In this document: in pieces, positions 40,256 through 49,803 of the stretch
Layout of the letters: every line of letters begins with the position of its first letter
Position numbering within the stretch: the first letter of the stretch is position 1
NCBI GenBank assembly: GCA_965661285.1
Contig: CBFIDD010000002.1
Span: 32,001 to 96,000, forward strand
DNA: 64,000 nt
Origin: Poseidonia sp.
Lineage (GTDB): Archaea; Thermoplasmatota; Poseidoniia; Poseidoniales; Poseidoniaceae
Direction of reading: 5' to 3'
Translations under genes and position numbers: made by a program
Notes under the pieces: generated by a model
The model's database searches: none
Seen by the model: the letters and a program-made list of their open reading frames with translations, nothing else
Told to the model about the DNA's origin: nothing

Positions 40256-41674
40256 TCAAATTTCCTTGATGGCGTTGTTCAAGCCGGTCATCATGGCCTT
40301 ACCGTCTCCGAACAGCATCATGGTCTTGTCCTCGTAGAAGAGGTCGTTGTCCACTCCAGCGTACCCTACGGAGAGGGAGCGCTTGATGATGACGACCGTT
40401 CGGGCTTGGTCGGCGTCAATGATGGGCATGCCGGCAAGCGGCCCCTCACCAGAACGAGCGGCAGGATTGCAGGTGTCGTTTGCACCGATGACGACGGCGA
40501 CATCGCACTCTGGGAATTCTGGATTGATTTCGTCCATCTCGATGAGTTGCTCATAAGGCACATTGGCTTCAGCGAGAAGCACGTTCATGTGTCCGGGCAT
40601 CCGTCCTGCGACCGGGTGGATGGCATACTTGACTTCCGTGCCGAATTTTTCTTCGAGCAGGTCTCCAAATTCCTTGACTTGGTGTTGACACTGGGAGACG
40701 GCCATGCCGTATCCAGGGACGATGATGACCTTTTGAGCCCCATCCACCATCATGGCGACCTCGTCTGGATCCGACCCGACCTTGGTGCGTGTGACGGTTT
40801 CCTTGGTGGAGCCACCGAAGGACTTGAACAACACATCGGGGAGGGTTCGGTTCATCGCTTTGCACATGATGAAGGTAAGGATGAGACCCGAGGCACCAAC
40901 AAGCGAACCGGCCACAATAAGGACAGGATTGCTGATGATGAAGCCGGTGAATGCAGCTGCGATCCCTGAAAGCGAATTGAGCAAGGAAACAACCACAGGC
41001 ATGTCTGCACCTCCGATTGGCAGGACCAGCACAATACCCAGCAAGCAGGATATGCCAATGATGGCCCACAAGTAGCCGGTGTTGGTGGGCTCGTTGATCG
41101 ACACCACGATGAGCCCTAGAACGCTGATGGTCAACAGCACCTTCACGGGGTTGAGCCACGTAGGGCCCCATGTGGGCGTGCTGAACCACTTTCCGAAAAT
41201 CTCCACACCGCCCTTCAGTTTGAACATGGCGAGAATGGACCCGGTGAGCGTCATCCAGCCGACCAGTGCAGAAAGACCGGCGGCGAGCATGATCACCTGC
41301 AAGGTCAGTCCCGTAGGCACCGTAGCGGAGCCTTCGATGTACTTCCATGTCTCCGAAAGGGCCACAAGGGCTGATGCTGCTCCGCCAAATCCGTTGAAGA
41401 GTGCGACAAGTTCCGGCATTCCCGTCATTTCGACCTTTACAGCCATGATGATGCCGATGATGGAACCAACGATGAGGCCCGCCACGATCAACTCAAGGTT
41501 GAGTCCCCCTGAGGAGAGCTGCATGTCAACCACGGTTGTGATGACGGCAACCAGCATACCCATGGCACCGTATTGGTTTCCACGAGGAGCGGTCCTTGGA
41601 TGTCCGAGTTTCTTCAACCCGAAAATAAAGAGAGCGGCCGAGAGCAAATATCCGAGCGGAATCCACGCTTCCAT
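40256..41674 (-). CDS. pntB: NAD(P) transhydrogenase beta subunit
   Basis: MPELVALFNGFGG, GGADMPVVVSLLNS, IHPVAGRMPGHMNVLLAEA, GAND. Confidence 0.97.
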   Translation of the reverse strand: MEAWIPLGYLLSAALFIFGLKKLGHPRTAPRGNQYGAMGMLVAVITTVVDMQLSSGGLNLELIVAGLIVGSIIGIIMAVKVEMTGMPELVALFNGFGGAASALVALSETWKYIEGSATVPTGLTLQVIMLAAGLSALVGWMTLTGSILAMFKLKGGVEIFGKWFSTPTWGPTWLNPVKVLLTISVLGLIVVSINEPTNTGYLWAIIGISCLLGIVLVLPIGGADMPVVVSLLNSLSGIAAAFTGFIISNPVLIVAGSLVGASGLILTFIMCKAMNRTLPDVLFKSFGGSTKETVTRTKVGSDPDEVAMMVDGAQKVIIVPGYGMAVSQCQHQVKEFGDLLEEKFGTEVKYAIHPVAGRMPGHMNVLLAEANVPYEQLIEMDEINPEFPECDVAVVIGANDTCNPAARSGEGPLAGMPIIDADQARTVVIIKRSLSVGYAGVDNDLFYEDKTMMLFGDGKAMMTGLNNAIKEI

Positions 41675-41675
41675 C

Positions 41676-41987
41676 TCAAGCCCTCCTGTTCTTGCCTGCA
41701 ATCATGTTGAGCATGCGATTGGTGACGGCAAAACCACCAACGACGTTGATCATGGCCAACACCAGAGCGACGAACGCCAACAATCCTGAAACCAGTGTTT
41801 CACCACCAGCGTAGGCAACATTTGCACCAAGGAGGGCACCTACGACACTGATGCCTGAAATCGCATTTGCACCGCTCATCAGCGGCGTGTGCAGTGTTGC
41901 TGGGACCTTGGTAATGAGTTCAAACCCGAGGAAAATAGCCAACATAAAGAGCGTCAAGTTTGCAATAAGTGATGTTTCCGTAATCAT
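41676..41987 (-). CDS. pntAB: NAD(P) transhydrogenase alpha-2 (membrane) subunit
   Basis: VPATLHTPLMSGANAISGI, INVVGGFAVTNRML. Confidence 0.95.
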   Translation of the reverse strand: MITETSLIANLTLFMLAIFLGFELITKVPATLHTPLMSGANAISGISVVGALLGANVAYAGGETLVSGLLAFVALVLAMINVVGGFAVTNRMLNMIAGKNRRA

Positions 41988-43153
41988 TCGACCACCCCTG
42001 CGAGTCGGGTTTGTTTTGGATGAATGGCGCCGTCTTTGCATATGAGCACGCCGCCCATGCCGTTGACGTAGAAATCAGAGCCTTCGGGGGCACCGACCAG
42101 GATATCGTCATCGTCGGAGATGATGACCGCCTTGGTCTCTTTGTCCACCAGCGAGGTGAAGAACGTCGTCAGGTTGTTGGAGTACAGCATCGAAGCCGTG
42201 TTGGCAAGTGTGCCTGGAAGGTTGGATGTTCCCACGATGATCACGCCGTTTTCGGTCGTGGTGATTTCTCCTTGAACCGTATCTTCACAGTTTCCTCCGA
42301 CGTCAGCGTTCATGTCAACAACAACGGCTCCGGATTTGAAATTGGCTACCGCAGACGAAGGCACCGTGATGGGTGCGGGTCGTCCGAAAATACGGGCGGT
42401 GGTCACGATGATGTCGGCATCGGCGGCCACACCGCACACCGTATCGTTTACTTTTTGGATAAATTCAGGCGTGAGCGGTTTGGCATATCCCGATTCGTCT
42501 TCGAAATCGTCCATGCCGTCCACCTCGATGAAGCGACCGCCAACGGATTCGATTTGTTCTGCAGCTGATTTTCGCACGTCAGAAGCGAATACGATGGCTC
42601 CGAGGCGTTTGGCCGTCGCAATCGCTTGCAGACCCGCAACACCGCTGCCCATGATCACAACTTTTGCTGGACGAATTGTACCGGCAGATGTCGTCATCAT
42701 CGGTATGCCTTTGGGTACATGAGCCGCACCGAGCAGGACGGCTTTGTAGCCTGCAAGGTTGTCTTGGCTGGAGTTGACGTCCATCGACTGTGCGCGTGAG
42801 AGTCGGCGGGGAATCATGTCCATTGAAAGCAAGGTGATGTTCGCATCCATGCAGGCTTTCACGTAATCGGGATGTCGAAACGGGTCAGAGACACAAGCCA
42901 AGTTGGTGCCTTCCGCAATGCCCTCAACCCCCGGGAATCGAATGCAAACAATGTTCTCACATGCAAGCGCTTCTTCTCTGGATACGATGGTTGCGCCGGC
43001 TTCCTCATACGCTGCGTCGTGATAATTCGCGGCGAGGCCTGCACCGGCTTCGATGTGGACTTCAAATCCAGCTTTTGCGAGTTTCTTCATGCTGGACGGC
43101 ACGATGCCAACCCTCGTCTCACCTTCTGGCTCTTTTGGGACACCTAATTTCAT
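41984..43153 (-). CDS. pntAA: NAD(P) transhydrogenase alpha-1 (NAD-binding) subunit
   Basis: GVPKE..ETRV, RAQSMD, AGYKAV, GSGVAGLQAIATAKRLGA, GGNCE. Confidence 0.95.
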   Translation of the reverse strand: MKLGVPKEPEGETRVGIVPSSMKKLAKAGFEVHIEAGAGLAANYHDAAYEEAGATIVSREEALACENIVCIRFPGVEGIAEGTNLACVSDPFRHPDYVKACMDANITLLSMDMIPRRLSRAQSMDVNSSQDNLAGYKAVLLGAAHVPKGIPMMTTSAGTIRPAKVVIMGSGVAGLQAIATAKRLGAIVFASDVRKSAAEQIESVGGRFIEVDGMDDFEDESGYAKPLTPEFIQKVNDTVCGVAADADIIVTTARIFGRPAPITVPSSAVANFKSGAVVVDMNADVGGNCEDTVQGEITTTENGVIIVGTSNLPGTLANTASMLYSNNLTTFFTSLVDKETKAVIISDDDDILVGAPEGSDFYVNGMGGVLICKDGAIHPKQTRLAGVVE

Positions 43154-43339
43154 GCGTTCACCTGCCGAATGCACCACCGAAAGGGTAGGTGCAATTTGCC
43201 CACTTGAAGGAGGTTTTTAGACTCCACGCCCCGAACCATTGCGGGCTTCTGTCCGGTTTTTGACCGCAATGAGTAGAAAGGACCTCACCATCGGACTTAT
43301 GGACTGGCCGCATCAGGTTCAGAATGAAAGGTGAACACC

Positions 43340-44278
43340 ATGGCAAGCGGTCGTCGAAAAATTGCGGTAATTGGAGCAGGGAATGTTGGAGCAACGTGTG
43401 CTTTTGTCCTCGCACAAATGAAAATCGCTGATATTTTTCTCCTCGACATCTATGAGGGTTTCGCGAAAGGTAAGGCCCTTGACATGTCCCAGAACGCCAA
43501 TGTCTTGAACTACAACGGTACCATCACGGGGACGTCGGATTACCAAGACATTGCGGGAGCAGAAGTTGTTGTTGTCACATCGGGTTTCCCTCGCCAACCG
43601 GGTATGACCCGAGAAGACCTGATCGGCAAAAATGCCGATATTGTCTCTCAGGTTGGAACAGGTATCAAGGACCACGCACCCGATGCCGTGGTCATCGTGG
43701 TCACCAACCCGCTTGACTTGATGACGTACCACATGCAGCAAGTAACGGGTTTTCCGCCTGAACGCGTCATCGGACAAGCAGGTGTTCTCGACAGTGCACG
43801 AATGGCTCACTTCATTGCGTTGGAGTTGAATTGTGCAGAGGAGGATGTTTCTCCTATGGTCTTGGGTGGGCACGGCGATACCATGGTGCCGCTGCCAAGG
43901 TACACCACCGTTGGTGGGATTCCAATTACGCAGTTGATGGACCAAGACCGAATTGATGCCATCAGTGCCAGAACGGCGAGCGGTGGTGGAGAAATCGTCA
44001 AGCTCCTTGAGCGAGGTTCAGCGTTCTACGCACCCGGTTCGGCGGCTGCCATCATGGCGGAATCGGTGTTAAACGACCGCCGTCGCCTCATACCCGCCTC
44101 CTGTCTTCTCACGGGACAGTACGGACTCAGCGATGTCTACATCGGTGTTCCGTGCATCATAGGTGCGAACGGTGTCGAACAAATCTTTGAATTGGAGTTG
44201 ACCGATGATGAACTTCAATCGCTGCAGGGCTCCGGTGAATTCTACAAAGGTCAACTCAAGGATGTCCTCGGCTACTGA
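43340..44278 (+). CDS. mdh: Malate dehydrogenase (LDH-like)
   Basis: IGAGNVG, PRQPGMTREDL, VTNPLD, LDSAR, GGHGD, GSAFYAP. Confidence 0.96.
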   Translation: MASGRRKIAVIGAGNVGATCAFVLAQMKIADIFLLDIYEGFAKGKALDMSQNANVLNYNGTITGTSDYQDIAGAEVVVVTSGFPRQPGMTREDLIGKNADIVSQVGTGIKDHAPDAVVIVVTNPLDLMTYHMQQVTGFPPERVIGQAGVLDSARMAHFIALELNCAEEDVSPMVLGGHGDTMVPLPRYTTVGGIPITQLMDQDRIDAISARTASGGGEIVKLLERGSAFYAPGSAAAIMAESVLNDRRRLIPASCLLTGQYGLSDVYIGVPCIIGANGVEQIFELELTDDELQSLQGSGEFYKGQLKDVLGY

Positions 44279-44925
44279 GCCCTGACGATGCAAAGGCTTC
44301 GGTCTTTGCCTCGGGTGGTGGCGTCTTCGACAGGATTATCCTGAACGACGAGTTTGTGCCCTTGCTTTCCTCGGCTTCGCATTCGTGTGAGGACTTCCTG
44401 ACCGATATAGCAGCCTTTCTGCGGATGGACCAGTTCATCAAGTCCACACGCAAGTGGGTGCCATTTGGCTGTGATTTCGTGGCCGTAATACGGAATGGAA
44501 CGGTCAATACGGTACTCATCCCACACTGCCTTGTCCACCGTGGGCTCGATGTTGTGTTTCACCGGTACGACGTACATGGTGCCGAAAAAGGAGGGATGGA
44601 TCGTTGCGTCGGGCGGTTGAATTTCATCACCAAGCCCGATAAAAACGTCGTTGAGTTCGCTGATATCGCTGATCGTGATGGATTGGCCAAGGATGCGCTC
44701 GGTGAGGTGAGCGATGAGGTCGGATTTGTTTTCCTCATGTCCGACCAGAGCGATTCGTTCGCCAACAGGTATGACATCACAGACATCGATGATCTTTGCG
44801 GCTCTCGTTGTAAATACGGTAGTACAGGGGCCGTTGACATGATTGGTGGATAGTCCGTCGAGGAACGGAAGGAGTTGTTCACCTTGCAACAAGAGAACGG
44901 AGGCCTCGTGGCGCACCAGCCCCAT
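44272..44925 (-). CDS. YgfZ/Iba57-family folate-binding Fe-S maturation protein (compact)
   Basis: KGCYIGQEVLTR signature; N-terminal FLDGLSTN. Confidence 0.85.
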   Translation of the reverse strand: MGLVRHEASVLLLQGEQLLPFLDGLSTNHVNGPCTTVFTTRAAKIIDVCDVIPVGERIALVGHEENKSDLIAHLTERILGQSITISDISELNDVFIGLGDEIQPPDATIHPSFFGTMYVVPVKHNIEPTVDKAVWDEYRIDRSIPYYGHEITAKWHPLACGLDELVHPQKGCYIGQEVLTRMRSRGKQGHKLVVQDNPVEDATTRGKDRSLCIVRAQ

Positions 44926-44934
44926 AAAGCGACC

Positions 44935-45315
44935 TCAAGAGAACGATTCGCCGCATCCGCACGAGGAACTTGCGTTTGGGTTGTTGATTTTGAAGCCGCC
45001 ACCCATGAGGCGGTCAACGTAGTCAATTTCAATGCCGTCGAGAAGATGGCTCGAGGCTGAAGGGACCAGTACTCGGAAACCGTTGATGTTGAGTTCCTGA
45101 CATGGGGTTTCGGTTGATTCCACGATTTGCAGGTCGTACATGTATCCCGAGCAACCACCGCTCAGTACCCCGACCAAGAGCGCATGACTTCGGTCATCGC
45201 CAAAAGCATCCTCAAGCATGGATGTTGCCTTGTCCGTGAGCGTGAGGTTCACGTCAACCTCTTCGGGTCGGTGCACCTCAAGGGGTGTTGCAGATTCGCA
45301 GGTACCGCAGTCCAT
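44935..45315 (-). CDS. A-type Fe-S carrier (HesB/IscA/ErpA)
   Basis: GGCSGYMY, IDYVD..GGGFKINNPNASSSCGCGESF. Confidence 0.95.
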   Translation of the reverse strand: MDCGTCESATPLEVHRPEEVDVNLTLTDKATSMLEDAFGDDRSHALLVGVLSGGCSGYMYDLQIVESTETPCQELNINGFRVLVPSASSHLLDGIEIDYVDRLMGGGFKINNPNASSSCGCGESFS

Positions 45316-45366
45316 GGTACCCCCAATCCTCCACCGTTTTTGAACTTGACCGCGTTTGGGTGGCCG

Positions 45367-47676
45367 TCATCGCTTCTTACGTTTCTTGTCCAACGCTTTT
45401 TGGAGGATGTTGCACCGGCGAATTTGGTCCTTTGCACGGCGCTTGGCTTCGTCATTTAATCCTCTCGGCATCGCCTGTTGGAAGCATTTGATAGCATCGT
45501 TGTATCGCTCCATTTCGGCGTAAGCTGTCCCCATGTTGTACAACGTTTCCCCGCGAACTTCTGTCGGACGAATCAACATCGCTTGATGGTAGGATTCTAC
45601 GCACTTGGGATAGTCTTCGAGAAAATAATAGGCGTTCCCTCTGTTGTTCAGGATACGAATGATCATAGCATCATCACCGGCAAATGCAGGGAGTGCTCGG
45701 TCAAAACACGACAGTGCCTCTCTGTATTTTTTGTCCTCAATCAATTGCACACCTTGGTTGAACCAAGCGACATCTTGGTTTGAGATGGCATTGCTGGTGG
45801 TGGATTGCGGGGTGTTGACAGCAACGGTTTGAACTGCATCCAGGGCAGCTTTCGCCAAGTCAACTTGTGGCTGTGGCGTGGATTCAACGGCCTTTGGTTT
45901 TGGTTCGACAGGGGTCAACAGCATGGCCGCATCCATGGTTGCTGCTTGCGTTTCTTGCGCCTGCAGTGTGGGCACTGGTTCGCTGACCGCAGGTTGCGGT
46001 GTGAGAAGAACATCTGCCTGAGCGACCGTTTCATGGACGGGTTCTTCCACCATCTGTGAAGCGGGTGTTGGTGCTACAGATGACGGCGTAGCCGCTCCCA
46101 TACTCGCAGCCTTCGCATGACATTTCTGTGCGGTGTCATAATCTCCTGCCTGTTCGAGGGAGCGAGCCAAGCCGGTCCAGTGCGACGGGTCCGATGGCTC
46201 CTGTTGAATCAGGGTTTTCCACATCAGGACAGCATCGCTGTGTTGTTGACTCAACGAGAGCGCCGTGGCGCGTTGAGGAGAAGGACCATCGTCCATCAAG
46301 GACAATGCTTCTTTGGCCATTTCCGGTCCGGCAGGGAGGGTCGGTGGGAGGCCAGCAACGTTGTCCATGACGGCGGTCTCACCTTGCGCGAGTTGGATGA
46401 GCATGGAGGTGAATTCGCCCTTTATCGGATGGGTGCTGCTCATCGCGATGAGGGCTCGTGCTGCCTCCATGAACGATTCCATCATGCCTTCAGATTTGGC
46501 AAGTTCTGCCCATTTTTCAGCCGCTTTTTCGTAGCCATCATCGGCTTCAATCGCCCGTTGATAACTGTTGATCGCTTCATTTGTCATGCCGCTTCGTTGC
46601 TGAACCGAACCAAGGTTAAACCAGCCAGGAGCATGCGATGGCTCAAGATTTTGGGCGTGCGTCATCGCTGCGATGGCGTGGTTGTCCAAGTCCAATCGGG
46701 CCATGGCACCGCCGGCAATTCGCCATGCACCAGCGTGCTGGGCTCCGATGGTTTTGAGGTGCGGTTTTAGCATGGCAAGGGCATCTTTTGGGTTCCCTTC
46801 TTTGATGAGCGCCGTTGCTTCCTCGACGAGACGGTCAAGGTCAATGCTCGGTTCGGGTTTCGGTTCGTCAACGACCACCGTTTCCGGTTCAGGTGCGACC
46901 TCATCCAACACCACTTGCTGAGCCACGACCACTTCAGCAGCGCTCTGCAATTCTTCAACGCTAAGGGTTGCATCTTCATCGTGGTCGTGATGAACGGCTT
47001 CTTGAAGCAGCATGGCTGGGTCTTCGATACCGGCTTCTTCGGCGATTTCCTCCACCACTTTCATGTCCACGTCTTGGGTGACTTCAAGCGATGGCTGCAT
47101 CGATTCCATGGCGACCGAAAGCCCACTGTCTTTGCACCGTTCTCTGAGTTGAATCAGGGCTGGATGTCCGGGGAAGAAGCCCAATGCCTTCTCTGCAGTG
47201 GTGTAGGCGCCCTCAAGGTCGCCAATCCGCTCGAGCAGGATGGCAAGATTGGCCGTAGCTGGTGCATGGTTTTCATTCAAATCCAAGCAGATCTGGAAGG
47301 ATTGCCGGGCGCCACGTGCGTCCTGTTGGGCTTCCAGCAGTACGCCGCGATTGAACCAAGCCATATCGCAAGACGGGTCCAAAGCAATGGCTTTGTTGAA
47401 GGCCGCAAGTGCACCTTTGACATCGTTTCGACGACTACGCTCTTCTCCCACGGTCAAGAGGACATCAATCATCTCTTGTGGGTCCTCAACATCATCCAGT
47501 TCTGGAATGATATTTCGGGGTGGTTGTGGAGGTGGTGTGGTCGGGGTGTCGGATACTTCAGTTTCTTCGTTTTCAACCGCATCGAGCGCATCGTTGACGG
47601 AGGCTAAGGCAACATCATCGAGTCCGTCCGATGCTTCTTGCGGCGCGTCGCTGGATTCGTCATCGCCGCTTGGCAT
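45367..47676 (-). CDS. Tetratricopeptide repeat protein
   Basis: Three or four TPR clusters (AWFNRG, GWFNLG, LNNRGNAY, LYNMGTAY) separated by acidic/Pro-rich linkers. Confidence 0.88.
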   Translation of the reverse strand: MPSGDDESSDAPQEASDGLDDVALASVNDALDAVENEETEVSDTPTTPPPQPPRNIIPELDDVEDPQEMIDVLLTVGEERSRRNDVKGALAAFNKAIALDPSCDMAWFNRGVLLEAQQDARGARQSFQICLDLNENHAPATANLAILLERIGDLEGAYTTAEKALGFFPGHPALIQLRERCKDSGLSVAMESMQPSLEVTQDVDMKVVEEIAEEAGIEDPAMLLQEAVHHDHDEDATLSVEELQSAAEVVVAQQVVLDEVAPEPETVVVDEPKPEPSIDLDRLVEEATALIKEGNPKDALAMLKPHLKTIGAQHAGAWRIAGGAMARLDLDNHAIAAMTHAQNLEPSHAPGWFNLGSVQQRSGMTNEAINSYQRAIEADDGYEKAAEKWAELAKSEGMMESFMEAARALIAMSSTHPIKGEFTSMLIQLAQGETAVMDNVAGLPPTLPAGPEMAKEALSLMDDGPSPQRATALSLSQQHSDAVLMWKTLIQQEPSDPSHWTGLARSLEQAGDYDTAQKCHAKAASMGAATPSSVAPTPASQMVEEPVHETVAQADVLLTPQPAVSEPVPTLQAQETQAATMDAAMLLTPVEPKPKAVESTPQPQVDLAKAALDAVQTVAVNTPQSTTSNAISNQDVAWFNQGVQLIEDKKYREALSCFDRALPAFAGDDAMIIRILNNRGNAYYFLEDYPKCVESYHQAMLIRPTEVRGETLYNMGTAYAEMERYNDAIKCFQQAMPRGLNDEAKRRAKDQIRRCNILQKALDKKRKKR

Positions 47677-47781
47677 ATCGTCACCGGATTGTTACCAAAC
47701 ACGGTGCATGAATAAGCATTGCTTCTCTGTGTCTATCGGACGAATCCCTACATTCAAGGGCCGGTGCATGGTGGGGAGTGC

Positions 47782-48330
47782 ATGGGAGATGCTCCACTCA
47801 AGATTATGGGCCTTGCCGGCGAATACCGTTCATCATCGAAGTCAGGCATGCTCGTCAATGCAGCCTTGGACATCGCCTCGAAAAACGGTGCAGATGTTGT
47901 GTTCTGGGATCTTGCCGAACAACCACTTCCGTTGGTCGGTGAAGAGGGATGTTGGTCGCACCCCAATGTGAAGGCGTTCCAGGCACTTCTTGAAGAATCG
48001 GACGCCTTCTTTCTCGCCTCTCCCGAGTACCACGGAACCATGTCCGGCGTGATGAAGAACACCATGGATTGGATGTACGACAAACATGTTGGCGGCAAAG
48101 TCTTCGGTCTCATGTCCACCCTTGGTGGTGTGACCAATGCAAACACGCTCAATCACATGCGGATTGCGCTTCGGTGGCTGCACGGATGGCCTGTTCCGGA
48201 ACAACTCGCCGTCGGACACGTAAAGGAAGCCTTTGACGAGAACGGGCAACTTGTGGAAGCATCGTTGCAAGAACGTCTTGAGAAGTTGGTGAAAGCCGTC
48301 CTCTCTGCGTCGTCAAAATTGAGTGCATGA
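47782..48330 (+). CDS. NADPH-dependent FMN reductase
   Basis: ASPEYHGTMSGVMKNTMDW, flavodoxin-like. Confidence 0.9.
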   Translation: MGDAPLKIMGLAGEYRSSSKSGMLVNAALDIASKNGADVVFWDLAEQPLPLVGEEGCWSHPNVKAFQALLEESDAFFLASPEYHGTMSGVMKNTMDWMYDKHVGGKVFGLMSTLGGVTNANTLNHMRIALRWLHGWPVPEQLAVGHVKEAFDENGQLVEASLQERLEKLVKAVLSASSKLSA

Positions 48331-49136
48331 CCATGGATGCTGGCTCAGAAACCCCCTCGTTTGCCGATGCATACGGGTCGACATACCGACTCGTATCTCC
48401 AGGCCACTTTGTGTTGGGTGACGAACACAAAACAGGAAATCCGAACGAACAGCCAGCATGTCCTGTGGACATTACACAGCCGTTCTTCCTCGGTGAACGC
48501 CACGTCACACAGGCGTTTTGGACGGACGTCATGGGTGAGAATCCCTCAAAATTCCAAGAGGGTTGGAGTGCTGGTCTCCGCCCGGTTGAGCAAATCAACA
48601 TGGACGATATCGAGGTCTTTCTCACTCGGCTCAACCGGCGAGATGCAGATGTCATGTATCTGGGCTTGGTAGGCGAATGGCGTCTTCCTTCGGAGGCTGA
48701 ATGGGAGTATGCTGCCAGGGCCGGTACACGAGGCCGGTGGTTCTTTGGAGACAAAGATATTGATCTGGATGAATATGGATGGCACGCAGGCAATTCCGGA
48801 GGAACCACACGAGAGGTGGGATTGAAAAAAGCAAATCCGTGGGGTTTTTTCGACATGCACGGTCTTGTCCAAGAATGGTGTGCTGACCACTACGAGAGAA
48901 CCTACGGCGACGCTCGGCATCAGACGCCACTGCATCGCCAAGACGGTGAGAAGCACGTTGTTCGCGGTGGCGCATGGTTCACCGAGAGTGACTCAACACG
49001 GTCCAGTGCTCGGTCCTTTGCCGACCGGAAGAAAAGAAGTGATGGATTGGGCGTACGACTCGTCTGGGCTCCACTCGACGAGCAACCGCCCCCATCCAGT
49101 CAGGGAGCCTCACCCTCCAACATGGACCAGTCATAG
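48327..49136 (+). CDS. FGE-sulfatase (SUMF1/C-lectin fold) family protein
   Basis: PVEQI, RLPSEAEWEYAARAG, NPWGFFDMHG, VVRGGAW, GVRLV; ATGA overlap with the upstream gene. Confidence 0.9.
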   Translation: MTMDAGSETPSFADAYGSTYRLVSPGHFVLGDEHKTGNPNEQPACPVDITQPFFLGERHVTQAFWTDVMGENPSKFQEGWSAGLRPVEQINMDDIEVFLTRLNRRDADVMYLGLVGEWRLPSEAEWEYAARAGTRGRWFFGDKDIDLDEYGWHAGNSGGTTREVGLKKANPWGFFDMHGLVQEWCADHYERTYGDARHQTPLHRQDGEKHVVRGGAWFTESDSTRSSARSFADRKKRSDGLGVRLVWAPLDEQPPPSSQGASPSNMDQS

Positions 49137-49606
49137 ATGCGGTCGTCGGGCAAATCTTCGAGCGTTTGGTGTTCGGGTGTTTTGCCCGGGCCGATGAACC
49201 AACGAGCATTCAGCGGTTCTTCAAGCACCAGCATCAAGTTGTTGTTTTTCAGTTGTTGAATCGCGGCCGCGGTGCGCTGCATGACAGGGGCGATGTCTTC
49301 TCTGAACACGTCGTTCATCACCTTGCAGAGTTCACCAAATGTTCGACTCCCGTCTGCCAACTCCCAAAGCAGGCTGTTCATGTCATCAAGCGGTCGCTTG
49401 AGTTCGGTTGGTGCTCTGAGAAAGGCGGCGATTTTCCCTTCGATTCGACCAAATTGCTTCGGTATTCTCAACACCACACGACGACCACTGACACCACGAA
49501 GGCCCGGGTCTTTGCGGACTTCGCCCGTTCGTGCCCACCACACTGGCGTGCGGCACGGATACTGGTCAACAAGGGGATGATGGTCAATACCAGCGATTTC
49601 CTCCAC
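49100..49606 (-). CDS. PqqD/RRE-like protein
   Basis: LDDMNSLLWELADGSRTFGELC..F.E..RTAAAIQQLKNNNLM; GTG 49606 behind an AGGAGG SD. Confidence 0.72.
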   Translation of the reverse strand: MEEIAGIDHHPLVDQYPCRTPVWWARTGEVRKDPGLRGVSGRRVVLRIPKQFGRIEGKIAAFLRAPTELKRPLDDMNSLLWELADGSRTFGELCKVMNDVFREDIAPVMQRTAAAIQQLKNNNLMLVLEEPLNARWFIGPGKTPEHQTLEDLPDDRIYDWSMLEGEAP

Positions 49607-49617
49607 AACGATTCCTC

Positions 49618-49791
49618 CTAGAATTCCATCCATGTCCACACAAGCAAGGTGAGCATCGACGCCGTTCCGACCAACGCCATCGTCCGTGTCGCTTGTACGC
49701 GCTCGGTAAAATTCCGAAGGTACCACGTTCCAACGCCGCATGCCGCAACCATAAACCAAAGCGCATACCATGCCGAGGGATAGGTCTCCAC
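49618..49791 (-). CDS. Unannotated 57-aa two-TM membrane protein
   Basis: Hand translation METYPSAWYALWFMVAACGVGTWYLRNFTERVQATRTMALVGTASMLTLLVWTWMEF*; fills the gap between two co-oriented genes almost exactly. Confidence 0.7.
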   Translation of the reverse strand: METYPSAWYALWFMVAACGVGTWYLRNFTERVQATRTMALVGTASMLTLLVWTWMEF

Positions 49792-49803
49792 GCCTCTTGG
49801 TCA

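Noticed and set aside
48327-49136. FGE/C-lectin protein as a diversity-generating retroelement target
   Set aside because: No reverse transcriptase and no template-repeat copy of its 3' end seen in the window.
49100-49606. RiPP cluster built on the PqqD-like gene
   Set aside because: No adjacent modifying enzyme. The two radical SAMs in the window are distant and explained as MqnC-like and QueE.
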